From the NCBI RefSeq assembly GCF_006345805.1, contig NC_043019.1:30627360-30691359 (forward strand): a stretch of 64,000 nt of DNA, read 5' to 3'. The notes beneath the pieces are model-generated. The model worked only from the letters and a program-made list of their open reading frames with translations. It was not told the DNA's origin and made no database searches. Position 1 is the first letter of the stretch; each line of letters opens with the position of its first letter. This DNA is from Octopus sinensis (Eukaryota). This document shows positions 55,037 through 63,937 of this stretch, piece by piece. The translations under genes and the position numbers were made by a program.

Positions 55037-58000
55037 AAATTCCAACGGATTGCCAACAATTAATAAGGTTGAACAAAACACACACAAACACACACATACA
55101 CACACACAAACACACACACACATACACTCTCTGTATTGTATGTTTGTATGCCTCTGTATATCTGCGTGTGTGTGTTTTTGTTTATGCGTGAGTGTGCAAT
55201 TATGTGCATTTATATTTATGTATGTGCTTGCATAAAGTGCATGCATTTGTGTGTGAGTGTGTGTATGTGTGTATGTGTCCGTGTGTGTAATTGCCAGAGT
55301 GTTTCTGTATTTGCGTTTTGTGTACGTGTGTGCTCATGTAATTTGATTTTGTGTGTATGTGTATGTGTGTATGTGTCTGTGTGTGTAATTGCCAGAGTGT
55401 TTCTGTATTTGCGTTTTGTGTACGTGTGTGCTCATGTAATTTGATTTTGTGTGTATGTGTATGTGTGTATGTGTGTGTGTGTGTGCATGCATGTAAGTGT
55501 AGTTGTGTGTATGTACATGCATAATTTCCAGTGTGTTTCTGTTTTCACATTTTGTATAAGTGTGTATGTGTGTGTGTGTGTATGTGTGTGTGTGTGTGTG
55601 TGTATGTATGTGTGTATGTGTGTATGTGTATGTGTGTATGTGTGTGTGTGTGTGTATGTGTGTATGTACGTGTGTGTGTGTGTGTGTGTGTGTACAATTA
55701 CCAGTGAGTTTCTCTGTTCGCATTTTGTATAAGTGTGTGCATGCAACAGTATTTGTATGAGTTTATGTAACTCTGTGTGTGTGTGTGTGAGAGTGTTTAT
55801 GTAATTGGATATGTGAGTGGGCACAATCGTTGCATGTGTGTAAGTGTGTGTGTGTGTGTACAATTACCAGTGAGTTTCTCTGTTCGCATTTTGTATAAGT
55901 GTGTGCATGCAACAGTATTTGTATGAGTTTATGTAACTCTGTGTGTGTGTGTGTGAGAGTGTTTATGTAATTGGATATGTGAGTGGGCACAATCGTTGCA
56001 TGTGTGTAAGTGTGTGTGTGTGTGTGCGTGTATCTTCCAGTCAAATACGATTTCCTTCTCCTAACGGACCAATCAACATAGAACAAAGGAATAATTGAAT
56101 TACTGGTAAAATATATGTCATGTGTGTGTGTATATGTGTGTATGTGTGTGTATATGTGTGTGTGAGGGGCATGTCAGAATGCGAATAAACTTAGGTGCAT
56201 CTGTACACACACACACACACACACAGAGTATTCTATTGGGTTGGTGCATAATTATCGTGGCTTTTTTCAACAAAAATAACAACATGCAACAAAATCATCT
56301 TTAAATTATTATTCCGGAGCATATTCACCATCTACTTCAATTACTGCTTCCAATTTGCTTGGCAGACGGTCAGATCGTCATTTCTTGTTAAATATTGTTA
56401 TTGTTTTTATTGAATAAAATTTTTTGAAAAAAAGCCACAATAATTATGCACCAATGCAGACAAATCTGTTGACCAACAAATCTTTCTGTGGTATATCTTT
56501 TAGTTTTATCGTTTAATTGTTTCAGTCATTAGACTCTGGCCATGCTGGGGCACCACTTTGAAGCAGGTTTAGTCAAATGAATCAGCCTCTGTAATTACAT
56601 TTTTTTAAAAGCCTGGTGCTTATTCTATCAGTCTCTTTTGCTGAACTACTAAGTTACAGGGATGTAAACACACCAACACCAGTTGTCAAGCAGTGGTGGG
56701 GTAAACACACACATACACTCACACACACACACACACACACATACATATAAATAAATAAATGGAGTTAAATGCAGGTGTAAAAGAATTTGAATTCTTTTAC
56801 TTCCGACACATGTTTCAAAGATATCACTGGTATTATTCCAAAGGAATAAAATGGTGTAAAACAATGTAATCTTCTCTTCAGGGAAATGAAGAAATGAAAC
56901 TTGTCAATAAGACATTTTAACAGAATATGATGGATACGTATAGTGATTAACTGAACGCTATTAAGTTTGTTTTAAAAAAAATGTTAGAGGATATAATGTT
57001 AAAGGTAGTCTATAGAAAGAGGAGGGATAAAGGAAAGAAAAAAAAACAAATAAATGAGAAGTATGTATATATATATATATATATCATCATCATCATCGTT
57101 TAACGTCCGTTTTCCATGCTAGCATGGGTTGGACGGTTCGACTGGGGTCTGGGAAGCCAGGAGGCTGCACTAGGCTCCAGTCTGATCAGGCAGTGTTTCT
57201 ACAGCTGGATGCCCTTCCTAACACCAACCACACCGTGAGTGTAGTGGGTGCTTTTTACGTGCCACTGGCACAGGTGCCAGGGGAGGCTGGCAACGGCCAC
57301 AAACGGTTGGTGGTTTTTACATGCCACCAGCATGAAAGCCAGTTAAAGCGGCGCTGGCATCATACGCACACACATAATGGGCTTCTTTCAGTTTCCATCT
57401 ACCAAATCCACTCACAAGGCTTTAGTCAACATGAGGTGATGGTATAAGATACTTGTTCGAGGTGCCACATTGTTGGACTGAACCCAGAACCATGTGGCTG
57501 GGAAGCTATGCCTGCACCAATGTAAGTACACAGCGGAGCATATGTTGATAGACAAATGAATAGCACCTTTGTACATATGCAGAAGTAAATAAAGGCACTA
57601 TATATACAAAGACCACTTTCAGCCCTGAAGGGCCAAGGGATTGTGTGTATATGTGTATGTGTGTGTTCCTGTCTCCTTGCTTTGACTTCCCATGAGAGTT
57701 GTGTCCTTCATTTTCATTCTTCTGTGAAAACATGTCTGGCCTTGGGGAAATAATAACCTACTTGGGAAACAGGTAAGGGTTGGAAAAAGGAAAGGCATCC
57801 AGCCGTAGAAAACCTGCATTCACCAAATTCAGTCTGACCCAAGTAAATAGGGGGAAAATGGATGTTAAAATTGATGGTGATTAGGAAGATGAAACAAGGA
57901 CTACTATTATCAAATGTGTCCTTCCTTTTTCAGTGAAACAGTAGAGTGTTATTTAAGGGAGATTTGCTGCTATTTCTTGTAAGTCAAGAGACCATGAAGA

Positions 58001-58296
58001 GATTCCCATTTTGGCTGACTCTAATAAAGAAGTTTTGTTTTATAGAATTATTACTTTATTTTTTTTGTGAATGAAGGACATTATTGGTATTTATTTCACT
58101 GACATCAGAGAGATAAAATCCAAAATCAACTCTGCCAGGAATTGAACTCAGATCACAAAGTGAAATAACTAAATTGTGCAATGATATTTTATTTTTCTCT
58201 CCAACACTTTGACTAACTCAACCAAATAACATTTACAAGAATAAAACCTCAAACTAGACTGATGATTATTGGTGTGTCTGTGTGTAGAGAGAGAGA

Positions 58297-58342
<46 letters not shown>

Positions 58343-61300
58343 CAGAGACAGACAGACAGACAGAGAGGAAGAGAGATTCTTTATTTACATAACCTTCTAA
58401 CATTCAGATTACTCTATCAAATGTAATACTTATTTATCTACCTCTGTCTGGCCCCATGTCGGTGGCGCGTAAAAGCACCATCCGTTCGTGTTCGTTGTCA
58501 GCCTCGGCTGGCCCCCGTGCCAGTGACACGTAAAAGCACCATCCGTTCGTGTCCGTTGCCAGCTCTGTCTGGCCCCGTGCCGGTGACACGTAAAAGCACC
58601 ATCCGTTCGTGACCGTTCGCCAGCTCTGTCTGGCACCTGTGCAGGTGGCATGTAAAAAACACCCACTACACTCGCGGAGTGGTTGGCGTTAGGAAGGGCA
58701 TCCAGCCGTAGAAACACTGCCAGATCTGACTGGGCCTGACGAAGCCTTCCAGCTTCACAGACCCCAGTTGACCCGTCCAACCCATGCTAGCATGGAAAGC
58801 GGACGCTAAATGATGATGATGATGTTTTGAATTAATCATGCATAATCTTGTGGATCCAAGATTTTGATGATCCTATTTTTTATATTCAGAATGACAATGT
58901 AGGGTAGGTGTGAAAGACTGGATCTAACCAGTTTGAACATATAGCTGATAGACTATTCATACTGTAAAATCCCCCAGCTTAAATGTTAAATGGTTAAAAA
59001 GAGAACTATTCAAATCATAACAGAACTACTTTGACATGAAGTATTTGAGATTTAAAGAATTTCAGAACAATTTTAATAATATAATTTACTGAAAATGTAA
59101 TATAATTTGCCAACAACTACAACAAAAGACAAAAAAATAGTTTAAACATAAGCTAGGTGTAACAATAGCAATGTTGTATTCCTGTGTAATATGAAATAAG
59201 AAGAAATGGATTATTGCTTTTGAGGGTTGTTTATGTTTGAGAAAATTTGCTAAACCAACCATTGTATTGTCTAATAAAACAAAAACAAAAAAGAAACCAA
59301 AAAACAAAACAAAACACTGTATTGACAGCACAGTATGATATAAAATTATTTCAGAGTCAGGCTTGAGGAATAATATCATGTATAGAATTTAGTAAATAAA
59401 TAAATTAATGAGCTCAGTGGGTTGTCATATAATTCCTTTTTCATATGTAGATTCTGTCAGTACTGGCTTGGCTGTTTGGGTAGGAAGTTTGCTTCTCAAC
59501 CACATGGGTTCAGGTTCAGTCCCACTGTGTGATACATTGGGCAAGTGTCTTCTGCTATAACCCCAGGCCAACCAAAACCTTAGAGGTGTATCTGTCATAC
59601 ATTGTGTGTATGTATGTGTTTATATATACATATATGTGGAGGTGCAACAGTCCAATAGTTAGGGCCGTGGACTCACGGTCGTGGGATTGCAGTTTCGATT
59701 CCCAGACTGGGTATTGAGTGAAAACACCTAAAGCTCCACGAAGCTCTGGCAGGGGGTGGTGGTGAACCCTGCTGAACTCTTTCACCACAACTTTCTCTCA
59801 CTCTTTCTTCCTGTTTCTGTTACACCTGTTTTTCAAAGGGCCAGCCTTGTCACGCACTATGTATTGTAGCTACATAAACCCTTAAAAACAATTAGTGAAA
59901 GGCTGCTACATGTTACAAAGTGAGGCTTGCTTGTGAGTAACGGCTGTAATAATACACAAGCATCACACAAGTTGCCTTTAACTAAGACTGAGAAACTCTT
60001 TGTTGCTGGCAGAAGTAGTTACTCCATCCAGTTGTTAATCTGACCGATGCCTTCAGAACACTCACCTCTACTGCTAATTAATTAATTTGTATTAGTCATT
60101 TACTAATACGATTTTTCCTCTGGGTTATCTAAGACTCCGCTGGTTATGACGACGAGGGTCCCAGCTGATACGATCAACGGAACAGCTTGCTCATGAAATT
60201 AACGTGCAAATGGCTGAGCATTCCACAGACACATGTACCCTTAACGTAGTTCTCGGGGATAATCAGCGTGACACAGAGTGACAAGGCTGACCCTTTGAAA
60301 TACAAGTACAACTCATTTTTGCCAGCTGAGTGGACTGGAGCAACGTGAAATAAAGTGTCTTGCTCAAGGACACAACGCGTCGCCAGGAATCGAACTCACA
60401 ACCTTATGATCATGAGCCGAATGCCCTAACCACTAAGCCACGCGCCCTCACCCTCTGGGTTATACATACTTCTAGTTAGTTAATGGTCCATTCATGAAAT
60501 ATATTAACACCAACTTAATAATTTATTTAACGGGGATAACATAAACAATATAACTGAGTCACATGCCACTGATTGGTTACTATAGCAACACTCTCCTGCA
60601 TATGCAAAGCAACTTTTCATATACAAACTCGACAGAACAAAGAAGTGAGCTCACAAAACCATTTCTATGAAGATTTCCTGAAGAAGAGGTTTTAACCCCA
60701 AAATATTGAAATACAAGGTAAAAGTACAAACCTTTGATTTGCCTTATTTCGTATAACTTGCATTGTTTTGACATAAACACAGAGGGGACAAACAAGGACA
60801 GACACATGGATTAAGTCGATTACATCGACCCCAGTGCATAACTGGTACTTAATTTATCGACCCCGAAAGGATGAAAGGCAAAGTCGACCTCGGCAGAATT
60901 TGAGCTCAGAACGTAACGGCAGACGAAATACCACTATGCATTTCGCCTGGCGTGCTAACGATTCTGCCAGCTCACTGCCTTCAAAGTGGATGGTGGTCTC
61001 TCCCCACCACCATCCACTTGATAACTGGTGTTGGCATGTTTATGTACCTGTAACTTAGTTGTTTGGCAAAATATTCTGATAACATAACTACCAGGCCTAA
61101 AAGAAAATACAGGGCTTGTGCTCCAGAATGTCTGCAGTCAAATGACTGAAACAAGGAAAAGGACAGAACGTGTCTAAGAACTTGACTGGGAAACACATTA
61201 CATTCTACACTTAGAGGGATTCGGCTGAGAGCCCAGGGAAAAAATAAATATGAAAAATAAAGTATAAGTAGAAAGGTATATCTTTCAACGTGTAAATACT

Positions 61301-61799
61301 GATAGAACAGCTTATATAGGATAAAATCCTTTTAGAACAGAAAAAAGTGTCAGCAACCAGCTTTCTACTTTAAAAGGGTTTTTCTACTTTAAAAGGATTT
61401 TATCCTCTCTATGCTGTTCTATCAGTTATTTACACGTTGAAATATATATCTTTCTGCTTATACTAAAATATATTTCAAGGCTTCAAAACCAAACTTTATG
61501 TTTGTTTACATATGATGTAGTAAAAAATAAAGTTACTAGTTACAAGCTTTTTAAGGCCACAAACTACCTTAACATCTCAACATTTAGCCTCATACCTCAT
61601 CTACCTAGTTACTAGTTTCTATTCACTTCATGATCTGGATGTATTTTCTAAAGTAAATATTCAAAATAATTGTAGTTAGAAACAAAAATATTGTTGTTAT
61701 ATCTGCAACAACCACTAAGTTGTTTGACTAAACCTAGCTTTTCCCTTTGGTATAATAATAATAATAATGATAATAATAATAATAATGATAATAATGATG

Positions 61800-61848
<49 letters not shown>

Positions 61849-63937
61849 TAATAATAATAATAATAATAATGATAATCAGAGATCATGAAGAAAAAAATGC
61901 TTTCTAATTGATGTATCAATACCAGCAGATGACAACGTGGCTCTAAAAGAAATGGAGAAACTTTCAAAATACAAAAACCTGGAAATAGAGGTAACTCGAA
62001 TGTGGAATCTAATAATAATAATGGAGCACCGCCTTTAGTCGAGCAAATCGACCCCAGGACTTATTCTTTGTAAGCCTAGTACTTATTCTGTCGGTCTCTT
62101 TTGCTGAACCGCTCAAACATTGAATGGCTTTGAAGATCCATCTGAGTAAGATAGGTATCAAAATGGGTCCATAAGGGAAAAAATGGTTAAGAAAAGTGAA
62201 TTCACATGAAGATAAATATACATCAGGTAATAAAGGGCTGCAATTACTACCAGTCGAACACCCTTAATTTGTTTAAGTATCCTCTCCTCTTGAGCAATAC
62301 CTTATTAATGATATAACTAACCATCACCTTTAATCTACTTATACTTAAACATGTAAAGCCATTATATCTACATTGGGTAAAAAAAAAAAATACAACTTTC
62401 ATATTTCCTAATGGAAGTATATTTATGGTCTTTACTAAACACTATATCAATAACTTTATGCATACATTTTCTACCCTTCTCAGATCAAATTTAATATAAA
62501 ATGCAGAGAAATCATATGCATATATCATCTGAACTACTTTAATCTTTTGTGGCTTGTTTAAAATACATTACTAGGTCTAATATTCCAAAATATGCAAACA
62601 CCAAAGTCGTAAAATATTCCTTAGCAATATCTCATGAAAGATTTCCTAACAGCATTTAATGCACCATTAAGTAGTATAGTTATCTGCTTATTGGCACACA
62701 TTCTGGTATCTGCAGTAAATCTACTCTTGTAGACCTTATGCAATTTTGGAACCTCCAAAATATATTTGGAATAATTGTCCTTTTCTTCTATACTGAAATC
62801 ACTCAACATTTCCATCTATGTAATTTGAAGTAATTATGTGGTTAGGAAGCAATGACATTTTCTCAATGGCTAATACTATTTTATTTATTTCAATATGTAT
62901 GGGAGACAATTCTGAACATGTTTCATTATTATTAAACCTCTTCAAGATGGCAAGCTGACTGAATCATAAGCAAGTTTAATTTTGCTTTGTGTTCTGAATC
63001 CAAATTTTCACTGAGGTAGACTTTGTCTTTCATCTTCCCAGTATTGATAAAATAAGTACCTGTTGAGCTCTGGAGTTGATGTCATCAACTTGCCTCCTCC
63101 CTTAAATTTTAGGCCTTGGGCTATTTAAAAAAAAATTCTTTTTGTTTTTACTGGCACTCCATCAGTTACAACAACAGGGGTTCCAGTTGATCCAATCAAC
63201 AGAACAGCTTGCTCATGAAATTAACATGCAAATGGCTGAGCACTCCACAGACACATTTATCCTTAATGTAGTTTTCAGGAAGATTCAGTGTGACAGAGTG
63301 TGACAAGGCTGGCCCTTTGAAATACAGGTACTACTCACTTTTGCCAGCTGAGTGGACTGGAGCAAAGTGAAATAAAGTGTCTTGCTCAAGGACACAATGT
63401 GTCACTGGGAATTGAACTCATGTCCTTGTGATCACGAGCTGCTTACCCTAACCACTAAGCTATGCACCTTGGGCCTATAGTAAGAAGGATATTATATGAT
63501 GGTTGTAAACTAGCTTCATCATAATACAAACATTGTTGCTTGTTTCCTATGTCCAGTGAAATCATTTTCAGCTATGGGAAACTATTACATTGTTTGGAAA
63601 CAGATAAACGAACAGGAGCAATGTGAAATAAGTGTCTTGCTCAAGAACACAACACAGCCTGGTCTGCGATTCGAACTCACTACCTCATGATTGTAAGCCT
63701 GACACTCTAAACGCTGAGCCATGCTGTTATATAATATAAGCTGTTATGATGTTAAAAAGATAAAATTTCAACAGACTTACTGAGCAACGATCCAACCAGC
63801 ATCAGTGACAAGGATGAAATCGCCAATGCGTTGGTTGTGAGTATAGTGGAAGTGGCGTGGCAGAGTTGAAGGATTATAAAGGGAAACGTGTCTATTTCCA
63901 CAGTTGATCTTTGTTGAAATATTAAGGTTTTCTGAAC
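425..63937 (-). CDS. ENPP: Partial multi-exon gene (17 exons in window): tandem ENPP1-3-like phosphodiesterase, PDE(C-term)-NUC-PDE(N-term); both ends outside the window
   Basis: Hand-spliced exons all have AG/GT boundaries and matching phases, giving one open frame of 2091 nt. Motifs: [88 protein letters not shown]. Exact paralogue not assignable. Confidence 0.93.
790..1232 (+). mobile_element. Internally deleted mariner element (transposase N-terminal stub joined to C-terminus, 3' TIR)
   Basis: ORF 887-1159 has [15 protein letters not shown]...[13 protein letters not shown] (mariner PPYSPDLAPSDF motif); [13 protein letters not shown] at 849; TIR-like end ...gacaacccaa followed by TA. Confidence 0.85.
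1298..1406 (-). CDS. ENPP: ENPP exon 16
   Basis: ttctcag|...|gtgagt; [36 protein letters not shown](G) (DHG Zn ligands). Confidence 0.96.
1471..1872 (+). mobile_element. tRNA-derived composite SINE family A (head, internal TA/TG microsatellite, body, gtaaaa tail)
   Basis: A-box tggctgtgtggtaa and B-box ggttcagtccc. Other full or partial copies at about 121, 4389, 10185(-), 11583, 12500(-), 17985(-), 20027, 21282, 24871, 26570(-), 32211(-), 34000, 35050, 41642(-), 43853, 45176(-), 48352, 48631(-), 56510(-), 57375(-), 59460. Confidence 0.9.
2025..2340 (+). mobile_element. Short 3' end of the RTE LINE (family C)
   Basis: aaaagcacc repeats, catgctagcatgg and gttaaacgatgatgat tail match the 3' end of 36720-38412; also at 8115, 12135, 14740, 15421(-), 15600(-), 25930, 43310(-), 57085(-), 58441. 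Confidence 0.85.
3340..4001 (+). repeat. RTE 3'UTR with expanded 20-40 bp minisatellite
   Basis: Many gtgccacatgaaagcac units over 3340-3820, then the family-C tail and (gat)n. Confidence 0.85.
4389..4796 (+). mobile_element. SINE family A copy
   Basis: Same head, body and tail as 1471-1872. Confidence 0.9.
4968..5094 (-). CDS. ENPP: ENPP exon 15
   Basis: tttccag|...|gtttgt; [42 protein letters not shown] (DxxGH Zn ligands). Confidence 0.95.
5160..5782. repeat. Head-to-head inverted pair of tRNA-head/(AAT)n/hammerhead-tail elements
   Basis: Arms 5160-5470 (-) and 5490-5782 (+), spacer about 20 bp; a further partial copy at 40080-40265 (-). Confidence 0.85.
6076..6109 (-). CDS. ENPP: ENPP exon 14 (34 nt)
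   Basis: ttttcttgcag|...|gtgagt; (K)[10 protein letters not shown](P); needed to convert phase 1 to phase 2 between exons 13 and 15. Confidence 0.85.
6951..7180 (-). mobile_element. tRNA-derived SINE family F
   Basis: ggaggcgcaatggcccagtggttagggcagcggactc-type head; copies at 22045(+), 36130-36447(-), 45630-45940(-), 59638-59853(+). Confidence 0.8.
7660..7726 (-). CDS. ENPP: ENPP exon 13
   Basis: ttctgtag|...|gtaagt; [22 protein letters not shown], homologous to IWxTAxxQG...WPGS. Confidence 0.88.
9225..9566. repeat. Fold-back/MITE-like element with about 62-bp inverted arms
   Basis: 9225-9285 vs 9504-9566 are reverse complements with one mismatch and a 2-nt indel. Confidence 0.8.
9647..9866. 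mobile_element. piggyBac-like MITE family 1
   Basis: TTAA|CCCTTTCGTTAC ... GTAACAAAAGGG|TTAA; other copies at 6152-6355 and 25668-25889 (opposite orientation). Confidence 0.8.
9994..10104 (-). CDS. ENPP: ENPP exon 12
   Basis: ttaacag|...|gtaagg; [37 protein letters not shown]. Confidence 0.96.
10884..11343. mobile_element. piggyBac-like MITE family 2 hosting the Tc1 MITE
   Basis: TTAA|CCTTTTAGCATT ... AATGCTAAGAGG|TTAA; related copies at about 48112-48310, 49563 and 58390-58997 (the last hosts an RTE 3' end). Confidence 0.65.
10955..11190. mobile_element. Tc1/mariner MITE
   Basis: TIRs cagggtgttcaaaaagtctctccacagt / actgtggagagactttttgaacaccct; TA on the left; internal [11 protein letters not shown] transposase-end remnant. 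Confidence 0.85.
12724..12889 (-). CDS. ENPP: ENPP exon 11 (PDE B, nucleophile Thr)
   Basis: attacag|...|gtgagt; [55 protein letters not shown]. Confidence 0.97.
13030..13260 (+). mobile_element. tRNA-derived SINE family D (about 230 bp, Meta-domain-like core)
   Basis: ggcgagctggcagaa head; core gcctttcatcctttcggggtcgataaattaagtaccag resembles the MetaSINE core as I recall it; tail aataaagaaataag. Other copies at about 13398(-), 16140(-), 16430(-), 23505, 28835, 33510(-), 33750, 40990(-), 42775(-), 60770(-), 62950. Confidence 0.85.
13937..14027 (-). ncRNA. Minimal type-I hammerhead ribozyme (Penelope-type), sense to the ENPP pre-mRNA
   Basis: AUUUCUUC-CUGAAGA-stem II (GAAAGACACAAU/AUUGUGCCUUUC)-GAAA-C-ACGU-G-UA-GAAUGAAAU; 1-bp stem III with a palindromic tetraloop. 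Confidence 0.75.
14129..14219 (+). ncRNA. Minimal type-I hammerhead ribozyme, inverted twin of 13937-14027
   Basis: CTGAAGA at 14137-14143, GAAA at 14199-14202, ACGT loop at 14204-14207, GTA triplet at 14208-14210; stem I has a G-U at the core-proximal pair. Confidence 0.72.
18800..19010 (+). mobile_element. Old RTE-type LINE C-terminal remnant
   Basis: ...[24 protein letters not shown] resembles RWxDDL...WxRxAQxRxxW; similar remnants at about 21770-21960, 23280-23450, 29330-29790. Confidence 0.55.
19213..19376. repeat. Hairpin: 69-bp inverted arms, 26-nt loop
   Basis: 19213-19281 vs 19308-19376, three transitions. Confidence 0.9.
22670..22914. repeat. Polypurine (GAA/GGA)n tract
   Basis: About 245 bp, almost entirely A/G on the plus strand. 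Confidence 0.95.
22960..23174 (-). CDS. ENPP: ENPP exon 10: junction exon (end of NUC A plus Cys-linker of PDE B)
   Basis: tgttttag|...|gtaagt; [71 protein letters not shown]; no stop; phase 2 out matches exon 11. Confidence 0.93.
25363..25516 (-). CDS. ENPP: ENPP exon 9
   Basis: tttcag|...|gtaggt; [51 protein letters not shown] matches VPTHFF...C...C...FILPH...SC. Confidence 0.95.
26976..27117 (-). CDS. ENPP: ENPP exon 8
   Basis: ttgaag|...|gtaagg; (G)[46 protein letters not shown]. Confidence 0.93.
27417..27753 (+). mobile_element. tRNA-derived SINE family E: one unit followed by a second head
   Basis: gcgcatggcttagtggttaggg...gtttcgattcc head at 27417 and again at 27661; related copies at 19572, 49060, 60128-60451(-), 63155-63470(-), 63620-63725(-). 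Confidence 0.8.
28003..28053 (-). CDS. ENPP: ENPP exon 7
   Basis: ttttgtag|...|gtgagg; (D)[16 protein letters not shown] matches the xxVPMYxxF motif; phase 1 in and out. Confidence 0.88.
28264..28472. mobile_element. Tc1/mariner MITE
   Basis: Imperfect TIRs cagggtgtcccagaag / cttctgggataccctg; TA on both sides. Confidence 0.8.
30029..30152 (-). CDS. ENPP: ENPP exon 6
   Basis: ttttaaag|...|gtgagt; [41 protein letters not shown]; phase 0 in, phase 1 out. Confidence 0.85.
31441..32210. mobile_element. Element bounded by 71-bp direct repeats (pseudo-LTR-like)
   Basis: 31441-31511 and 32140-32210 differ at one base; CpG-rich interior; class not established. Confidence 0.5.
32211..32618 (-). mobile_element. 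SINE family A copy
   Basis: Reverse complement of 1471-1872, near-consensus. Confidence 0.9.
35660..35836 (-). CDS. ENPP: ENPP exon 5 (start of nuclease-like domain)
   Basis: ttttacag|...|gtatgt; ...HLPFGLP...[17 protein letters not shown], homologous to HLPYGRP...MPLWxSYT. Confidence 0.93.
36720..38412 (-). mobile_element. 5'-truncated RTE-clade LINE (degenerate ORF C-terminus, minisatellite 3'UTR, (GAT)n tail)
   Basis: Frameshifted translation [17 protein letters not shown]...[16 protein letters not shown]...[12 protein letters not shown]...GSETWAV...RPRKTWDEV; (cat)n at 36721. Confidence 0.9.
40478..40635 (-). CDS. ENPP: ENPP exon 4 (end of PDE A, linker)
   Basis: ttaccag|...|gtaagt; (D)[52 protein letters not shown]. 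Confidence 0.95.
41200..41640 (+). mobile_element. 5'-truncated R4/Dong-like non-LTR element (restriction-like endonuclease, 3' end) in (AAT)n
   Basis: [58 protein letters not shown] (PD-D/ExK type); flanked by AAT repeats; related pieces at 21040-21190(-), 30365-30870, 61876-62015. Confidence 0.8.
43853..44348 (+). mobile_element. SINE family A copy with expanded internal microsatellite
   Basis: Same head, body and tail; long internal (TA)n(TG)n. Confidence 0.9.
44672..44759 (-). CDS. ENPP: ENPP exon 3
   Basis: tttcag|...|gtatgt; [29 protein letters not shown] matches AxFxAxGPxF...FxNIELYNxM. Confidence 0.95.
44850..45172 (+). mobile_element. RTE LINE internal fragment
   Basis: [22 protein letters not shown]...YLGDEVGSG, homologous to 38180-38412. 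Confidence 0.8.
47101..48110 (+). repeat. Head-to-tail array of five family-D SINE units
   Basis: Units at about 47101, 47334, 47551, 47734 and 47920, each following the previous aagaaataag tail. Confidence 0.9.
49770..50054 (+). mobile_element. Probable Helentron/HINE-like non-autonomous element
   Basis: Ends in aacaatac followed by a degenerate cttcagcc-ttcgcaaa-ggcggagg hairpin and taat. Confidence 0.4.
50207..50261 (-). CDS. ENPP: ENPP exon 2 (module A; position of the HGYDN motif)
   Basis: tttttccgacag|...|gtaagt; phase 2 in, phase 0 out, bridging exons 1 and 3; [18 protein letters not shown]. Confidence 0.82.
50684..53184 (-). mobile_element. Non-autonomous Helitron (about 2.5 kb) carrying nested insertions
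   Basis: Minus-strand 5' TCTCTTATTATAAAAGG at 53184; CTAG end at 50684-50687 preceded by the hairpin ccgg-acaagg-ccgg; A|T insertion site. That the two ends belong to one element is inferred. Confidence 0.6.
51550..51945 (-). mobile_element. Small non-autonomous Helitron nested in the larger one
   Basis: 5' TCTTTATATAAG at 51945; 3' hairpin cccg-agccacgc-cggg then CTAG at 51550-51553; inserted between A and T. Confidence 0.8.
53955..56225. repeat. Microsatellite block: (AAT)n, then CA-rich, then GT-rich with higher-order duplications
   Basis: Direct inspection; 166-bp unit at 55695/55861 and roughly 100-bp unit near 55284/55384. Confidence 0.9.
56236..56454 (-). mobile_element. Mariner-derived MITE
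   Basis: TIRs ttgggttggtgcataattatcgtggc / gccacaataattatgcaccaa; internal minus-strand [20 protein letters not shown] transposase C-terminus. Confidence 0.75.
61261..61464. repeat. Degenerate inverted repeat (about 74-bp arms)
   Basis: 61261-61334 vs 61391-61464, about 8 differences. Confidence 0.8.
62125..62830 (-). mobile_element. Degenerate Penelope-like reverse transcriptase fragment
   Basis: [11 protein letters not shown]...[11 protein letters not shown] and [19 protein letters not shown] (PLE-type PKLHK and GxNCAPLLADLFL motifs). Confidence 0.7.
63781..63937 (-). CDS. ENPP: ENPP exon 1 in window (module A PDE)
   Basis: ttttccag|...|gtaagt; phase 1 in, phase 2 out; [51 protein letters not shown] matches the LPKRxHYxxNxRI...GW segment. 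Confidence 0.93.

Noticed and set aside
54202-56304. Many long HT/CV/YI-repeat ORFs (also at 10245, 17007, 36289, 38339 and elsewhere)
   Set aside because: Dinucleotide and trinucleotide microsatellites lacking stops; no coding signal.
60370-60451. tRNA gene candidates (also 5410-5470, 22045, 27417, 27661, 59638)
   Set aside because: A/B boxes are present, but each runs into a conserved SINE body and lacks a proper acceptor stem; these are SINE heads.
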